Of a stretch of DNA of 64,000 nucleotides, positions 8,354-19,531 are shown in pieces. The translations under genes were made by a program, and so were the position numbers. Source of the DNA: a virus; UHGV virus genome UHGV-1374678, one strand, 5' to 3'. The notes beneath the pieces were generated by a model. It was not told where the DNA came from, searched no databases, and saw nothing but the letters and a program-made list of their open reading frames with translations. How positions within the stretch are numbered: the stretch's first letter is position 1; each line of letters starts with the position of its first letter.

Positions 8354-9904
8354 ATGGCAGAATATATATCAGGAGTTAAAGAAAAATATCCATCTCAGTT
8401 GTTAAAGAACAGGATCGAAGTTGAGGGAAATGTAATTAGTTGTTTCTTTAAAGATATGTTATTACTTGACGATACATGTTTTGAGAGAAGCGACTTTATA
8501 ACAAGTGATGGAAGATTTTATTTTGCAATGCTTAATCAGCTTAGGATTAAAGGGTTTTACTCTTTGGATGAAGTAACAATTCTTTCCAATCTTCCAGAAG
8601 AAACGATTGAAATTTACGAAGATATGGGTGGTTGGGAAACCATTCAACATCAGATTGATATTATCAATACACAGAATTTTGATACTTATATTGATATTTT
8701 GTATCGTGAAAATATTATTCTTAAATTACATGATGATGGTTTTAACCTACTCAAAGAGATTGAAAGCAATGGTAAAAAGATTATTCCTCTAAAGATGTTT
8801 AGAAAAATGACATCAGAAGAAGTTACCGATTGGTATGAGGCAAGAATAAGTTCTTATGGAACTGGATATTCTAGCAAGATTCTTGAGGAAGAAGAGATTG
8901 ACTTTGATGATGAATTCATTGATTCTTGTGCAGACGGAGAAGAAAATGGAGTTCCGTTTGATATTGCCGGATATGATGTGAATGGCGAAGAAATGAATTG
9001 TTTTCCTTTTTTGTCACGTCAGGTAATGGGATTACTTGAAGGAACTACAACTATGATGGGTGGTTACAGTTCTGCTGGTAAATCGACATGGTGGGTAACT
9101 GTATTAATGGCTCTTTTGCATTACGATAGAAAAATTCTAATCATTTCGAATGAAGAGAATATCAAGAAGTTCAAAATCAAATTTATGGTTTGGTTACTTG
9201 GAAAACGTAATAGATATTTTAAGTTGACAAAAAAGAAAATGTCTTCCGGTGATATTAATAAAGAAAACAGACAACAGCTTGCAGACGTGCAGAAGTTTTG
9301 GAGAGAAAATTATAAAGGTCGTGTCAAGTTTATCTCTATCGTAGATGCAGATATGACTGTTGTTAAGAAGAAAATCAGAGAAAATGTATTAAGACATGGA
9401 TACGATGTTGTTTTGTATGACACATTTAAAATCCAGGGCGGTGATGTAGCACAAGCAAGACAAGACCTTTCGTTAGTTATGGACGGTCGAGAACTTGATA
9501 AAATGGCAAAGAAATACAATATCATAATGCTTGCATCTGTTCAGTTGGCAGAATATACAAAGGGCAAATTATTCTTGGATGCAAGTGTACTGAGTAATGC
9601 CAAGCAGATCAAAGAGCAGCTCGAAAATTTGTTCTTAATGAGAACCGTTTACACAGAAGAACTTGATCCAAAAAGTAAGTATTATTGTCATCCGTTTAGA
9701 TTAAAAAAGGTTAATGACAAATGGATTGAGGAAGAATATAATCCTGATCCTAATGCGGTTTGGAGGGCAATCTTTACAGAGAAATGCAGATCTGGTGCAA
9801 ACTCAAGTGATAATGGCGTTGGATATCTTTTACGCTATGATGGTGATCATTGCATCTTTAGAGAAGTAGCACAGGCAAGATTCAAACACGGAGAAATTAG
9901 ATAA
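8354..9904 (+). CDS. DnaB-family replicative DNA helicase
   Basis: Walker A GGYSSAGKST; helicase motif H4-like region LASVQL; typical DnaB size and N-terminal domain. Confidence 0.85.
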   Translation: MAEYISGVKEKYPSQLLKNRIEVEGNVISCFFKDMLLLDDTCFERSDFITSDGRFYFAMLNQLRIKGFYSLDEVTILSNLPEETIEIYEDMGGWETIQHQIDIINTQNFDTYIDILYRENIILKLHDDGFNLLKEIESNGKKIIPLKMFRKMTSEEVTDWYEARISSYGTGYSSKILEEEEIDFDDEFIDSCADGEENGVPFDIAGYDVNGEEMNCFPFLSRQVMGLLEGTTTMMGGYSSAGKSTWWVTVLMALLHYDRKILIISNEENIKKFKIKFMVWLLGKRNRYFKLTKKKMSSGDINKENRQQLADVQKFWRENYKGRVKFISIVDADMTVVKKKIRENVLRHGYDVVLYDTFKIQGGDVAQARQDLSLVMDGRELDKMAKKYNIIMLASVQLAEYTKGKLFLDASVLSNAKQIKEQLENLFLMRTVYTEELDPKSKYYCHPFRLKKVNDKWIEEEYNPDPNAVWRAIFTEKCRSGANSSDNGVGYLLRYDGDHCIFREVAQARFKHGEIR

Positions 9905-9932
9905 TAAAAAAGTAAATGAGGTACTAGGTGAT

Positions 9933-10961
9933 ATGCTTGAAGATGTTAAGAAAGAATTATTAAATCACCCTGATAAACTCAAAGAAGTATTAGAGCATTT
10001 CGGCTATTGTAATATTGTTATTCGAGACAGATATATGCAATTCGGAAGAGATGAAGTCTCATCAAAGAAATCAATTGTAATCAATTTAAAAGAAAATAGG
10101 TTCTTATATGTACATGATTATGCGAGAAATATTCAAGCAGATTTGTTCTCTTATATTATTTCACAGCGTCATGTTGAATTTAAAGAAGTATTAAATGAAG
10201 TTAAACATGTTCTTGGAATTACAGATTATTTTGATTTCTTTGGCAAGAGAGGAATCTTTGGAGGGTTTTATGAGAGGGTAAGAAAAAGACGAACAGCAAG
10301 TGAGTCTAAGATTTATGATGAATCGATTTTAAATCAGTTTTCTCAATGTGGAAACATGAGATTTCTTAAAGACAACATATCACTTAGAACTCAAAGGTTC
10401 TTTGAGATAGGTTATGACGTAGAATCTCAAGGAATAACAATACCAATTAGAAATCAGTTTGGTCAGCTAATGGGTGTAAAAGAAAGATTCAACTACGATG
10501 TAGAAGATGGCGAAATAAAGTATTTTTATCAGAGTCCGTGTTTAATGAGCAATACATTATATGGATATTCGCAAAATTATGAATTCTTAACTGGTGGCGA
10601 AGTGTTGATATTCGAAGCAGAAAAATCAACAATGCAATGCCATTCGTATGGAATTAGAAATTGTGTTTCTCTTGGTAGTGGAAGTATAAGCAAAAAACAG
10701 ATACAGATATTGCTTGAGCTTAATCCTAAGAAAGTAATATTCATGCACGATGCAGGATATAAGATGGAATACATTATGAGAAATATTGATTTTTTGAAAG
10801 GTTATTCAAGGTTTTCTGAATTACAGATTGGTTATTGGGATTACTTTGATAAAGGATACACTGACAAAGTTTCTCCATCTGATATGGGTAAAGAAAAATT
10901 AGAGTACATATTAAACAATGAGATAAAAATGATCGGAGATGATGATGACGAAGAATTATAA
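9933..10961 (+). CDS. DnaG-like primase (TOPRIM domain)
   Basis: TOPRIM-like VLIFEAEKSTMQ...KKVIFMHDAGY (E...DxD); positioned right after the helicase. Confidence 0.55.
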   Translation: MLEDVKKELLNHPDKLKEVLEHFGYCNIVIRDRYMQFGRDEVSSKKSIVINLKENRFLYVHDYARNIQADLFSYIISQRHVEFKEVLNEVKHVLGITDYFDFFGKRGIFGGFYERVRKRRTASESKIYDESILNQFSQCGNMRFLKDNISLRTQRFFEIGYDVESQGITIPIRNQFGQLMGVKERFNYDVEDGEIKYFYQSPCLMSNTLYGYSQNYEFLTGGEVLIFEAEKSTMQCHSYGIRNCVSLGSGSISKKQIQILLELNPKKVIFMHDAGYKMEYIMRNIDFLKGYSRFSELQIGYWDYFDKGYTDKVSPSDMGKEKLEYILNNEIKMIGDDDDEEL

Positions 10962-12549
10962 TATCTTAAATGATTGCAGAGGTATGTATGAGGAAGAAAT
11001 TTTTAATACAATTCTTGAACAAAGAGGTATTGATGATATTGAAGAGTTTCTTCGTCCTACAGAAAAAAATCTATTACCATTAGATAGCTTGGTTAATATA
11101 GACTATGCTGCAAGAAGAGTTGAATTAGCTATCGAAAATAAAGAAAAAGTTGCCGTGTTAGTAGATACAGACACGGACGGAATATCATCAGGGACTATTA
11201 TAACAAGGTATTTAAACAATTTCCTGTTTACGCCAGCAGTACCATTTATTGATGAGGGTAAGAAGCATGGTCTTAAAGGACAAGATTTAAAGAAATTTAT
11301 GTCATTTGATTTACTTATTATTGTGGATAGCTTGGATAATAGCGAAAAACAATATAAAGAATTAAGTGATAATGGCGTAGATGTTATCATTCTTGATCAC
11401 CATGCAATTAACTCAAAGATTCCGTATGATGATTATGTAATCTTGGTATCGTCTCAGAGGTCATATGATAATCCACATCTTTCAGGTTCTGGTGTAGTAT
11501 GGAAGTTCTGTAAATATCTTGATAGCAAGTTTGGTACTTATTATGCAGACGAATTAATGGACTTAGCAGCGTGCGGTTTGGTATCCGACATGATGGATAT
11601 GACTGTTATGGAGAATAGATATATTGTATATCAAGGACTACAACAGATTCGTAATCCTGCAATTAAAAAGATTGTAGGAAGTTTTCCATTTAATAGTACA
11701 GCAATTTCTTTTAGTATTGCGCCAATTATTAATGCTGCGAATAGAATGGGTAAAAATGAAGTTGCTGTAAAAGCCTTTCTTGCAGACGAAAATAAGACGG
11801 TTCTTAAATACATTAAAGAATTAAAAGGCTGTAAAGAAGCTCAGAATGAAGAAGTAGATAGATTACTTCCTGATGTGATTGAGCAATGTGAACAACAATT
11901 ACATAAAAAAATGATTACAGTTTTAATTGATACTCCATATGGGGTAGCAGGATTACTTGGAAATAAATTACTAGAAAAATACAAACGACCAATCATTGTA
12001 TTAAAGGATGTTGGTAATAAATATGCTGGTTCTATGAGAGCTATTGGAGTCGATGATTTTAGAAAAATATGCAACGACAGTCACTTAGCCAAAGTTGATG
12101 GACATGAACTTGCAGCAGGAATTCAAATTAAGAAAAACGATTTCGAACAATTCTTATCTTATATCGAGAACAATCTTCACGAATTAAAATTTGATACAAC
12201 GGTTACTGTAGATGTTCAGATTGATGTATCTGACATTACAAGAAAACTAATTGACTACATTAAGCAGATTGACTTGGTGTCTGGCGAAAACTTTAAATCT
12301 GTACGATTCTTTGTTGATGGAATTACAGATTATGAGATTGGTCAGATGAGCAATTATAAGCATCTTGTAGTTAAACCGAATGACTATTTACAGATTATTA
12401 AGTGGAACTTCAATGGATCTTTTGATGAATATGAAGACCATAGCATGATGAATGATGAGCTAGAAGTTGTTTGCAGCCTGGATTCAGGTTTCCTTGGTAG
12501 AAAGTTTGTGTTGAAAGCAGTGTGTGATGAAATTGGAGAGACTTGTTAA
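10939..12549 (+). CDS. RecJ-like ssDNA exonuclease (DHH phosphoesterase family)
   Basis: DHH motifs VLVDTDTDGISSG and IILDHH; DHHA1-like C-terminal region. Confidence 0.8.
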   Translation: MMMTKNYNILNDCRGMYEEEIFNTILEQRGIDDIEEFLRPTEKNLLPLDSLVNIDYAARRVELAIENKEKVAVLVDTDTDGISSGTIITRYLNNFLFTPAVPFIDEGKKHGLKGQDLKKFMSFDLLIIVDSLDNSEKQYKELSDNGVDVIILDHHAINSKIPYDDYVILVSSQRSYDNPHLSGSGVVWKFCKYLDSKFGTYYADELMDLAACGLVSDMMDMTVMENRYIVYQGLQQIRNPAIKKIVGSFPFNSTAISFSIAPIINAANRMGKNEVAVKAFLADENKTVLKYIKELKGCKEAQNEEVDRLLPDVIEQCEQQLHKKMITVLIDTPYGVAGLLGNKLLEKYKRPIIVLKDVGNKYAGSMRAIGVDDFRKICNDSHLAKVDGHELAAGIQIKKNDFEQFLSYIENNLHELKFDTTVTVDVQIDVSDITRKLIDYIKQIDLVSGENFKSVRFFVDGITDYEIGQMSNYKHLVVKPNDYLQIIKWNFNGSFDEYEDHSMMNDELEVVCSLDSGFLGRKFVLKAVCDEIGETC

Positions 12550-15500
12550 TGAGAAGAAATAAGTTAATTGAAGAAATAATTCCTACATTAAACTTTAAAT
12601 TTCCATATGAGATAAATGATTATTGTGAAAATCTATACTTTGAAAACTATCATTGCCATAAGGATTTTAGTAATCCAACTATTGCAGACAGTGGTGAATC
12701 TATTGAGAATTACGCTGATAGATGTCATGAGTTGAAAGCAAAATGTTTATTTTCTGGTGAACACGGCAATCAAGGGAATCATTTTCATGTATACACCGTA
12801 GCAGAAAAAGAAAAATTAAAATATAGACATTCAACTGAAGCTTATTGGGTTAAAGATAGACATGAAAAAGATAGGACAAACTGTCATATTGTTTTAGTTG
12901 CAAAAAATGCAGAAGGAAGACGAGATATCAATTACGCCTTATCTATGGCAAATATTGACGGATATTATTACAGACCACGTATTGACTTGGAATTATTAAT
13001 GAATATTCCAAAAGATAATGTAATTGTTACGTCTGCATGTATTGCCGGATGGTGGTATGATGACGCTTCTGATGTTTGGCTAAAGATACATGAACATTTT
13101 CAAGACAATTTTTTCTTTGAAGTACAAACAAATAATACTGATCCGCAGAAAAGATTGAATGAAAGAATTCTCAGATTGTCTGAAAAAAATGGAATAGATA
13201 TAATAGCAGGACTAGATAGTCATTATATCAATGATGTCGGAGAAGTAAAAAGAGACCAGATTTTAAAATATAAAAAAGTAACATATCCTGAAGAGCAAGG
13301 ATGGTTCATGGATTATCCAGATATGTTAACGGGTCTTGAAAGATTCGCAAATCAAAATGTATTGGATGAAAAATTGGCATTAAGAGCGTTTATGAACACT
13401 AATGTTTTTGTAAATGAATGCGAAGAAATAGTATTAGATAGAAGTTTTAAAATTCCTAGTATGTATAAGGATAAGACATATAAAGAAAAATGTAAGATTT
13501 ATATGAATGACCTTAATAAAGCATATTCAAAAGAAAAAATCAAATCAAAAGACAGAGCAGATGGAATTAGATACGAAGCAAAAGAAGTAATGAATTCTGG
13601 TGTTGTAGACTATTTCTTGACAAGTAAAAAAATAGTAGAAGATGCGATCAATAATGAGGGTGGTATTCTTACTACAACATCAAGAGGAAGTGCTGCTTCA
13701 TATATCACTAATAAATTAATCGGTCTTACAACTGTCGATAGATTCAATTCTGATATCCCAATTTATCCTGAAAGATTCCTTACAAAAGAACGTGTAGATG
13801 CTGGAATGATGCCAGATATTGACTTAAATATTTCAGACCAAGAACCATTTATTACAGCTACAAAAAAATTACTTGGAGAATATGGTTGTATGCCACTTAT
13901 GGCAGTAGAAAAACTTAAGAAAAAAGCAGCATGGCAATTATACGCAGGTGCAAATGATGTAGAACCTGCTATGGCAACTCAGATTTCTAAATACATAGAT
14001 GAGTATGAAGATGCATTGAAATATGCAGAAGAAGAAGAGAAAGAATTTATCAATGTAGAAGATTACATTCCTGAGAAGTATATTGATCTATTTAGAAAGA
14101 GTAACGATTATCAAGGAATTACAATTAATTTAAAAGTACATGCTTGTGGAAACTTAATTTTCGATGGAGATATTAGAAGAGAAGTTGGTCTCATAACTGC
14201 AATCTCTAAAACCACTGGGAAACGTACACTGTGCGCTTGTGTAGAGGGTGGAGTATTAGATGATTTTGGTTATGTTAAAGAAGATTTTCTTATTGTAGAC
14301 AGTGTATCTTTGATTCATAAATGTTTTAAAGCAATTGGAAGAGAAGTACCATCTTTCGAAGAACTCAGGGAAATGATTAAAGATGATAAACCGACATGGG
14401 ATATCTACGAAAAGGGTATTACTTGTTGTGTAAATCAGTGCGAGAAAGCATCTACTACAAATAAAGTTAAAAAATATAAGCCTAAGACATTAGCTGAATT
14501 ATCTGCATTTATTGCTGCAATTAGACCAGGATTTGCTTCTCTTCTAAACAGATTTCTCAATCGATCCGAATATACAACAGGAGAAGAAAAGATTGATGAG
14601 TTATTGAATGATACGGCACATTTCATGTTATATCAGGAATCAATTATGAAAGTTCTTTCGTTTTTAGGAATGAAAATGGGAGATACATATGGTGTTATTA
14701 AATCTATTTCTAAGAAGAAATTAAAAGGTGAAAAAAAAGAAAAGCTTCTTATTGAATTGAAAAAAGATTGGGAAAATGAATTTGGTAACTTAGATAATTT
14801 TTCAAATGTATGGAGCGTAATTGAGGATTCAGCTCGTTACGCATTTAATTCCCCTCATGCGTATTCGATGGCTGGCGACTCTGCATATATAGCATGGTTT
14901 AAAGCACATTATACATCAACATTTTATGAAGTCGCAATAAATCATTATCAACAAAAGAATAAAAAAGATAAGATAAATGCTCTTATTGAAGAGTCCATCA
15001 AATTTTATGGATATAAATTAGGTGATTATAAGTTTGGCAATGATAATAGAACTGTTACGGTAGATGAGAAAAATAAATTGATTTATCCAAATTTATCAAG
15101 TGTAAAAGGATTTGGAGAGGGTGTTGTAAATACATTGTATGAATTAGGACTAAAGGAATATAGTTCTTTCATTGACGTTTTAATAGCTCTTACTTCCAAC
15201 TCAATCAATAAAACAATTATCAATAAATTGATCAGAATCAACTATTTTGACAATTATGGAGACGTAAATACTTTATTACAAATTACTACGTATTTTGATT
15301 TAATAAATGGAATTAAGCAGATATCAAAAGAAAAAGCAATAAAAAATAATATTCCTTTTGAATGTTTGAAGGAATATGGACACGAAACTGAAAAGCAATT
15401 CAATAAAATAGATTCTGTTGGATTATTAAACGAATTAGTTTCAAATATTGAATATAAAGAACTTTCTTTAAAGGAAAAGATTGACAATCAACATGAAATT

Positions 15501-15836
15501 CTTGGAATTATAAATATTGTAGATCCTGAAACAAACAAACGAATGTATTACGTGTCTGAGCTAGAAGAGTTAAAAACTGTCACAAACATTACTCTTTATG
15601 AAATCTATAGCGGTAAAACACGTCAAGTAAAAATGTGGACTAATCAATATAATAAAGAACCTTTTGATGAAACTGATATCTTATACACTATTTCCCTTGA
15701 GAAAAAGAATAAAAAAGAACCTACTGGTGAAATTAATCCGGAAACAGGTAAAAAAATCTATGCCGATGTACCAGATAAATTTGAATATTGGCTCAAGAAA
15801 TTCATAGTAAAGGAAAGTTTAGAAGATGATAGATAA
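12543..15836 (+). CDS. dnaE: DNA polymerase III alpha subunit (DnaE-type, family C), N-terminal PHP domain
   Basis: PHP motif YHCHKDFSNP...SGEHGN; KEDFLIVDSVSLI resembles the DnaE KxDFLGL motif; 1097 aa. Confidence 0.8.
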   Translation: MLMRRNKLIEEIIPTLNFKFPYEINDYCENLYFENYHCHKDFSNPTIADSGESIENYADRCHELKAKCLFSGEHGNQGNHFHVYTVAEKEKLKYRHSTEAYWVKDRHEKDRTNCHIVLVAKNAEGRRDINYALSMANIDGYYYRPRIDLELLMNIPKDNVIVTSACIAGWWYDDASDVWLKIHEHFQDNFFFEVQTNNTDPQKRLNERILRLSEKNGIDIIAGLDSHYINDVGEVKRDQILKYKKVTYPEEQGWFMDYPDMLTGLERFANQNVLDEKLALRAFMNTNVFVNECEEIVLDRSFKIPSMYKDKTYKEKCKIYMNDLNKAYSKEKIKSKDRADGIRYEAKEVMNSGVVDYFLTSKKIVEDAINNEGGILTTTSRGSAASYITNKLIGLTTVDRFNSDIPIYPERFLTKERVDAGMMPDIDLNISDQEPFITATKKLLGEYGCMPLMAVEKLKKKAAWQLYAGANDVEPAMATQISKYIDEYEDALKYAEEEEKEFINVEDYIPEKYIDLFRKSNDYQGITINLKVHACGNLIFDGDIRREVGLITAISKTTGKRTLCACVEGGVLDDFGYVKEDFLIVDSVSLIHKCFKAIGREVPSFEELREMIKDDKPTWDIYEKGITCCVNQCEKASTTNKVKKYKPKTLAELSAFIAAIRPGFASLLNRFLNRSEYTTGEEKIDELLNDTAHFMLYQESIMKVLSFLGMKMGDTYGVIKSISKKKLKGEKKEKLLIELKKDWENEFGNLDNFSNVWSVIEDSARYAFNSPHAYSMAGDSAYIAWFKAHYTSTFYEVAINHYQQKNKKDKINALIEESIKFYGYKLGDYKFGNDNRTVTVDEKNKLIYPNLSSVKGFGEGVVNTLYELGLKEYSSFIDVLIALTSNSINKTIINKLIRINYFDNYGDVNTLLQITTYFDLINGIKQISKEKAIKNNIPFECLKEYGHETEKQFNKIDSVGLLNELVSNIEYKELSLKEKIDNQHEILGIINIVDPETNKRMYYVSELEELKTVTNITLYEIYSGKTRQVKMWTNQYNKEPFDETDILYTISLEKKNKKEPTGEINPETGKKIYADVPDKFEYWLKKFIVKESLEDDR

Positions 15837-16362
15837 TTTTAAGTATACAGATAAAGAAGTTAATGAATTGATTTCTTCTATGGTTATTCTTGTAGACACG
15901 AGGGAACAAAAGTGCGACCACATTTTAGATTATTTCGATAAGAAAAAGATTAATTACAAGAAGAAAGCTCTTGATTATGGGGATTACAGTTTTGTTATCC
16001 CCAAGAATGAAAATCTGTCAATACCAAGAGACTTGTATTTCAATCGAAAAGTTTGCATTGAAAGAAAAGGAAGTCTTGAAGAAATCAGTGGAAACTTCAC
16101 AAATGGTAGAGATCGATTCGAAAAAGAGTTGAGTCTTGCACCAAAAACAAAGGTATTACTGATAGAGAATGCTGATTATAGTGATGTTGCATGTGGTAAT
16201 TACAATACACAGTACAACAAAAAATCATTCATAGGTTCTCTTCATAGCTTTTGGTTTAAATATAACATACCTGTATTTTTCATGAAGGAGAATAAATATT
16301 CAGGAGTATTTATCAGAATGTACTTTGAATATTACTTCAAAAATTATTTGAAAGGGAATTAG
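15826..16362 (+). CDS. ERCC4 (XPF/Mus81/Hef)-type nuclease
   Basis: Signature ILVDTREQ ... LDYGDY ... IERKGSLEEI (GDY-x-n-ERKxxxD). Confidence 0.65.
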   Translation: MIDNFKYTDKEVNELISSMVILVDTREQKCDHILDYFDKKKINYKKKALDYGDYSFVIPKNENLSIPRDLYFNRKVCIERKGSLEEISGNFTNGRDRFEKELSLAPKTKVLLIENADYSDVACGNYNTQYNKKSFIGSLHSFWFKYNIPVFFMKENKYSGVFIRMYFEYYFKNYLKGN

Positions 16363-16364
16363 GT

Positions 16365-16634
16365 ATGAATTACGAGACTCAATATTACAAAGGGATTCCA
16401 TTAAATCTGATAAAAAGAAAATATGGAAACAGAAATGCGAAACGATTTGTAATTAATCATACAAATCAAAACGTATGGATTCCGAATAAACATCTTGAAG
16501 AAGATGGAACAATTAAATTTATGGAAGATATAGATTATGTATTTAGAAAATCGATACGACAATTAGAATTGGCTGGAATTACTCAACCAATTATAGGTAT
16601 TAAAAGACGAACAATAATGAGAATAAATGAATAA
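16365..16634 (+). CDS. hypothetical protein
   Basis: 89-aa ORF packed between neighbours with overlapping stop/start. Confidence 0.5.
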   Translation: MNYETQYYKGIPLNLIKRKYGNRNAKRFVINHTNQNVWIPNKHLEEDGTIKFMEDIDYVFRKSIRQLELAGITQPIIGIKRRTIMRINE

Positions 16635-17382
16635 AGTAAAAGTTTTCGAAGAACTTCTAACAAAGTTTGAAACAGAAGAGATTAAGAATTATTGCGAAGA
16701 TATGATTAATGATATTCCAGATTATATCTTCATGATTCCAAGTAGCACATCACTTAAATATCATAACGCAACACAGTGTAAGACACACGGACAGCTAATG
16801 CATATTCTTATGTTTGCTGAGATTATGAATTACATACTTGACTTGGAATATGTTAAAGAAAAGACTAATGAAAGACAGAGAGATTGTCTAAGATGTACAC
16901 CAATTTTTCACGATGCTATTAAGTGTGGGACAAATGGATCTCAGTATACTGTGCATGATCATCCGTTGCTTGCTGGTAAATGGATCAGAGATACAGTCGT
17001 TGAACACGATATTGACAAGGAGACAAAAGAATATATTGCAAGATTATGTGAAAGCCATTCTGGACAGTGGATTTCGAATAAACGAAGCAGTGTTATATTA
17101 CCTAAACCAGAAAACGATGAGCAGTTTTTGGTTCATCTGTGTGATTACTTATCAAGCAGATCAAATATTGATATGACATATTCCGATGAAGTATATGATG
17201 CGCTTGGCGGTATTGAAGTTACAAAAGAAGATCTTCCAGATATTAATGAATACAAATTAACTTTTGGTAAACATGCTGGCATGACATTGCCGGAAATTCA
17301 GGATATTGCTCCTGGATATATTAGATGGGCAAAAGAGAATATTACTAGAGAACCTGTAAGAAGTTTATTGGCTCAAATGTAA
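16627..17382 (+). CDS. HD-domain phosphohydrolase with C-terminal DUF3820-like motif
   Basis: H...HD metal motifs (KYHN, FHDAIK, VHDH); C-terminal FGKHAGMTLPEI...YIRWAKEN. Confidence 0.6.
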   Translation: MNKVKVFEELLTKFETEEIKNYCEDMINDIPDYIFMIPSSTSLKYHNATQCKTHGQLMHILMFAEIMNYILDLEYVKEKTNERQRDCLRCTPIFHDAIKCGTNGSQYTVHDHPLLAGKWIRDTVVEHDIDKETKEYIARLCESHSGQWISNKRSSVILPKPENDEQFLVHLCDYLSSRSNIDMTYSDEVYDALGGIEVTKEDLPDINEYKLTFGKHAGMTLPEIQDIAPGYIRWAKENITREPVRSLLAQM

Positions 17383-17476
17383 AAAGTCAAAAACCATGCC
17401 CAAAATTTCCCTTAAAAATTGAGATTTTTTGAACGTGATTTTCGGATGAAAGGTCGATTTCATTGGAGGTAATAAA

Positions 17477-17923
17477 ATGTGTAAAAAACAAAATATAGAA
17501 GAAAAAACAAATAAAATAAAAGTAACTAGCCTTGATATCATAGTAAACATGCATAGAGATAATCCATACTATGAAATTAAGTACAAAGAGGTAGGAGAGA
17601 ATTTTTATCATATTGGCTATAGCTCTTATGATTTAAACATTGTACTTGGTTATAAGGAAGAGTGTTTTGAGTTACTTGAATGTGAAAATAATTATGACGT
17701 TAATCCGTGGATCATTTGTAAGGAAGGACAAATGCCTGAAGATTTTAATTACAAAAATAATAAAGTTTTAAATGTATTAGTAACAACGGCAACGGGGAAA
17801 GTAACAAAAGTTCAAAGAATACTAGAACCTTATGGAACTAAAAGCTTTTGGAGATGGGGAAGAGTTTATGGTAAATGTAAGGCTTGGATGCCGTTACCAG
17901 AACCGTATAAAGTTGTTAAATAG
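17477..17923 (+). CDS. hypothetical protein with DUF551-like C-terminus (WMPLPEP)
   Basis: C-terminal ...KAWMPLPEPYK resembles the DUF551 tail motif. Confidence 0.5.
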   Translation: MCKKQNIEEKTNKIKVTSLDIIVNMHRDNPYYEIKYKEVGENFYHIGYSSYDLNIVLGYKEECFELLECENNYDVNPWIICKEGQMPEDFNYKNNKVLNVLVTTATGKVTKVQRILEPYGTKSFWRWGRVYGKCKAWMPLPEPYKVVK

Positions 17924-17947
17924 CCAAAATAAATGGAGAGATAACAA

Positions 17948-18250
17948 ATGTTTAAAATAATATTAGAATTAATAATTTTTATACTTTCTTTTGTAGGAAC
18001 AATAACACTTATCTTTGAATTTATAAAAGAATATGAGGATATAAAAAGTAAATTTCTTGATTGGCGAGATAGAGAATGTAAAATCAAATGTTTATGTAAT
18101 CATTCATATTCCATTAATTATCTATGGTATAGAGATAAAGAAGTATGTTTGAAATGTCCTAAATGTAATAAAGTAAAAAGAATCCAATTAGACGACAAAA
18201 CATTTGAAACATTCTGTGAAGTATGGAAAGAGGAATGTAAGAATAGATGA
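17948..18250 (+). CDS. small membrane protein with C-terminal Cys cluster
   Basis: N-terminal TM (IILELIIFILSFVGTITLIF), then CxxC-type cysteines. Confidence 0.5.
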   Translation: MFKIILELIIFILSFVGTITLIFEFIKEYEDIKSKFLDWRDRECKIKCLCNHSYSINYLWYRDKEVCLKCPKCNKVKRIQLDDKTFETFCEVWKEECKNR

Positions 18251-18411
18251 GTAACGTAAAAATATACACAGTCGATGATGAAGAACCAAATTGTAACAGA
18301 TGTGATCATGTATGTGATTCCGATATAGTGTGTCAACAGTATTGTGGAAACGAACATTATTGGAATGGATATTCACGAACTGAATTTATTGAAGATAGGA
18401 GAACCAAATGA
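18247..18411 (+). CDS. small Cys-rich protein (54 aa), translationally coupled on both sides (ATGA overlaps)
   Basis: MSNVKIYTVDDEEPNCNRCDHVCDSDIVCQQYCGNEHYW... Below the 60-aa ORF-track cutoff; start overlaps the previous stop and stop overlaps the FolD start. Confidence 0.4.
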   Translation: MSNVKIYTVDDEEPNCNRCDHVCDSDIVCQQYCGNEHYWNGYSRTEFIEDRRTK

Positions 18412-19217
18412 TTAAAATTTCATGTAAAGAATACGCAGCTAATCTAAAAGAAGAATTAAAAGAGTTATGTGAAAAATCACTAAGACAGCGTTGCCTTACA
18501 GTAATTCAGATTGGGAATGACGCAGCAAGTAACTCTTATGTAAATGGCAAACGAAAAGATTGTGAGTATGTTGGTGTCAAGTTTAATCATGTACATATTA
18601 AAGATTATGAAAACCTTGATGAATCAGATCTATGCCAAATTATTAAAGAACTTGATAATTCAAAGGAAGTTGATGGAATCATTATTCAGCTTCCTATTCC
18701 AGACAAATACAACGTAAAAACATTACAGCAATTCATCAGTCCTGAAAAAGATGTTGATGGCTTCAGAAAGGATTCACTTTACAATCCATGCACTCCGCAG
18801 GGAATTATGGATTGGCTCGAAGCTAATGACATTGATTTAAGAGGTAAGTTAGTAACTGTATTAGGAAGAAGTGAGATAGTAGGTAAGCCACTTGTAAACA
18901 TGTTGATTGATAAGGGTGCAACAGTTATTAATTGCAATAGTAAGACACCAAAAGATTATATGGGAAGCTTTATGGCAATGTCAGACATTGTTGTTTCTGC
19001 TATTGGAAAGCCTAAGAATTTTGATTATACCTGGTTCGATGATGAGACTATTATCATAGATGTTGGAATCAACAGGGACGAAGATGGAAAACTGTGCGGA
19101 GATATAGATAAAGAAGATGTTGATGGTTTTTTCGGTGAATTATGCTACGTAACACCTGTTCCTGGTGGTGTTGGTCTGTTAACAAGGGTTACATTACTGA
19201 AAAATGTGATGAGATAA
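18408..19217 (+). CDS. folD: bifunctional methylene-THF dehydrogenase / methenyl-THF cyclohydrolase FolD
   Basis: Motifs ASNSYVNGKRK, DGIIIQLPIP, KDVDGF, TPQGI, GRSEIVGKPL, TPVPGGVGLLT all conserved. Confidence 0.9.
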   Translation: MIKISCKEYAANLKEELKELCEKSLRQRCLTVIQIGNDAASNSYVNGKRKDCEYVGVKFNHVHIKDYENLDESDLCQIIKELDNSKEVDGIIIQLPIPDKYNVKTLQQFISPEKDVDGFRKDSLYNPCTPQGIMDWLEANDIDLRGKLVTVLGRSEIVGKPLVNMLIDKGATVINCNSKTPKDYMGSFMAMSDIVVSAIGKPKNFDYTWFDDETIIIDVGINRDEDGKLCGDIDKEDVDGFFGELCYVTPVPGGVGLLTRVTLLKNVMR

Positions 19218-19250
19218 GCAGATGAAAGAATCGTTTCATTAGGAGGAAAT

Positions 19251-19517
19251 ATGGAGACACTATGTATTTTAATGATTATTGCCTGCGTTGTTGTTTCAAT
19301 TCTCTTTGTTGTAGACCTAGTTCTATGCGACACAAAAGAAGTTGTTTGGAAAAGGAAAAGGTTTACAGCAGATAAGGCTAGAAAGATATCTAATGATTAT
19401 TCTGAAGACATTGACTTTATTGAGAAAGAAATCAGACAGGCTGCTAAACAAAACAAAACTTCTGTAGAACTGACTATTGACAGTGAAAAAAGTAGTAAAA
19501 CATTTCGAGAACGCTAA
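19251..19517 (+). CDS. hypothetical protein with N-terminal TM helix
   Basis: RBS AGGAGGAAAT ATG; hydrophobic N-terminus. Confidence 0.5.
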   Translation: METLCILMIIACVVVSILFVVDLVLCDTKEVVWKRKRFTADKARKISNDYSEDIDFIEKEIRQAAKQNKTSVELTIDSEKSSKTFRER

Positions 19518-19531
19518 ATTTGTTGTAACAC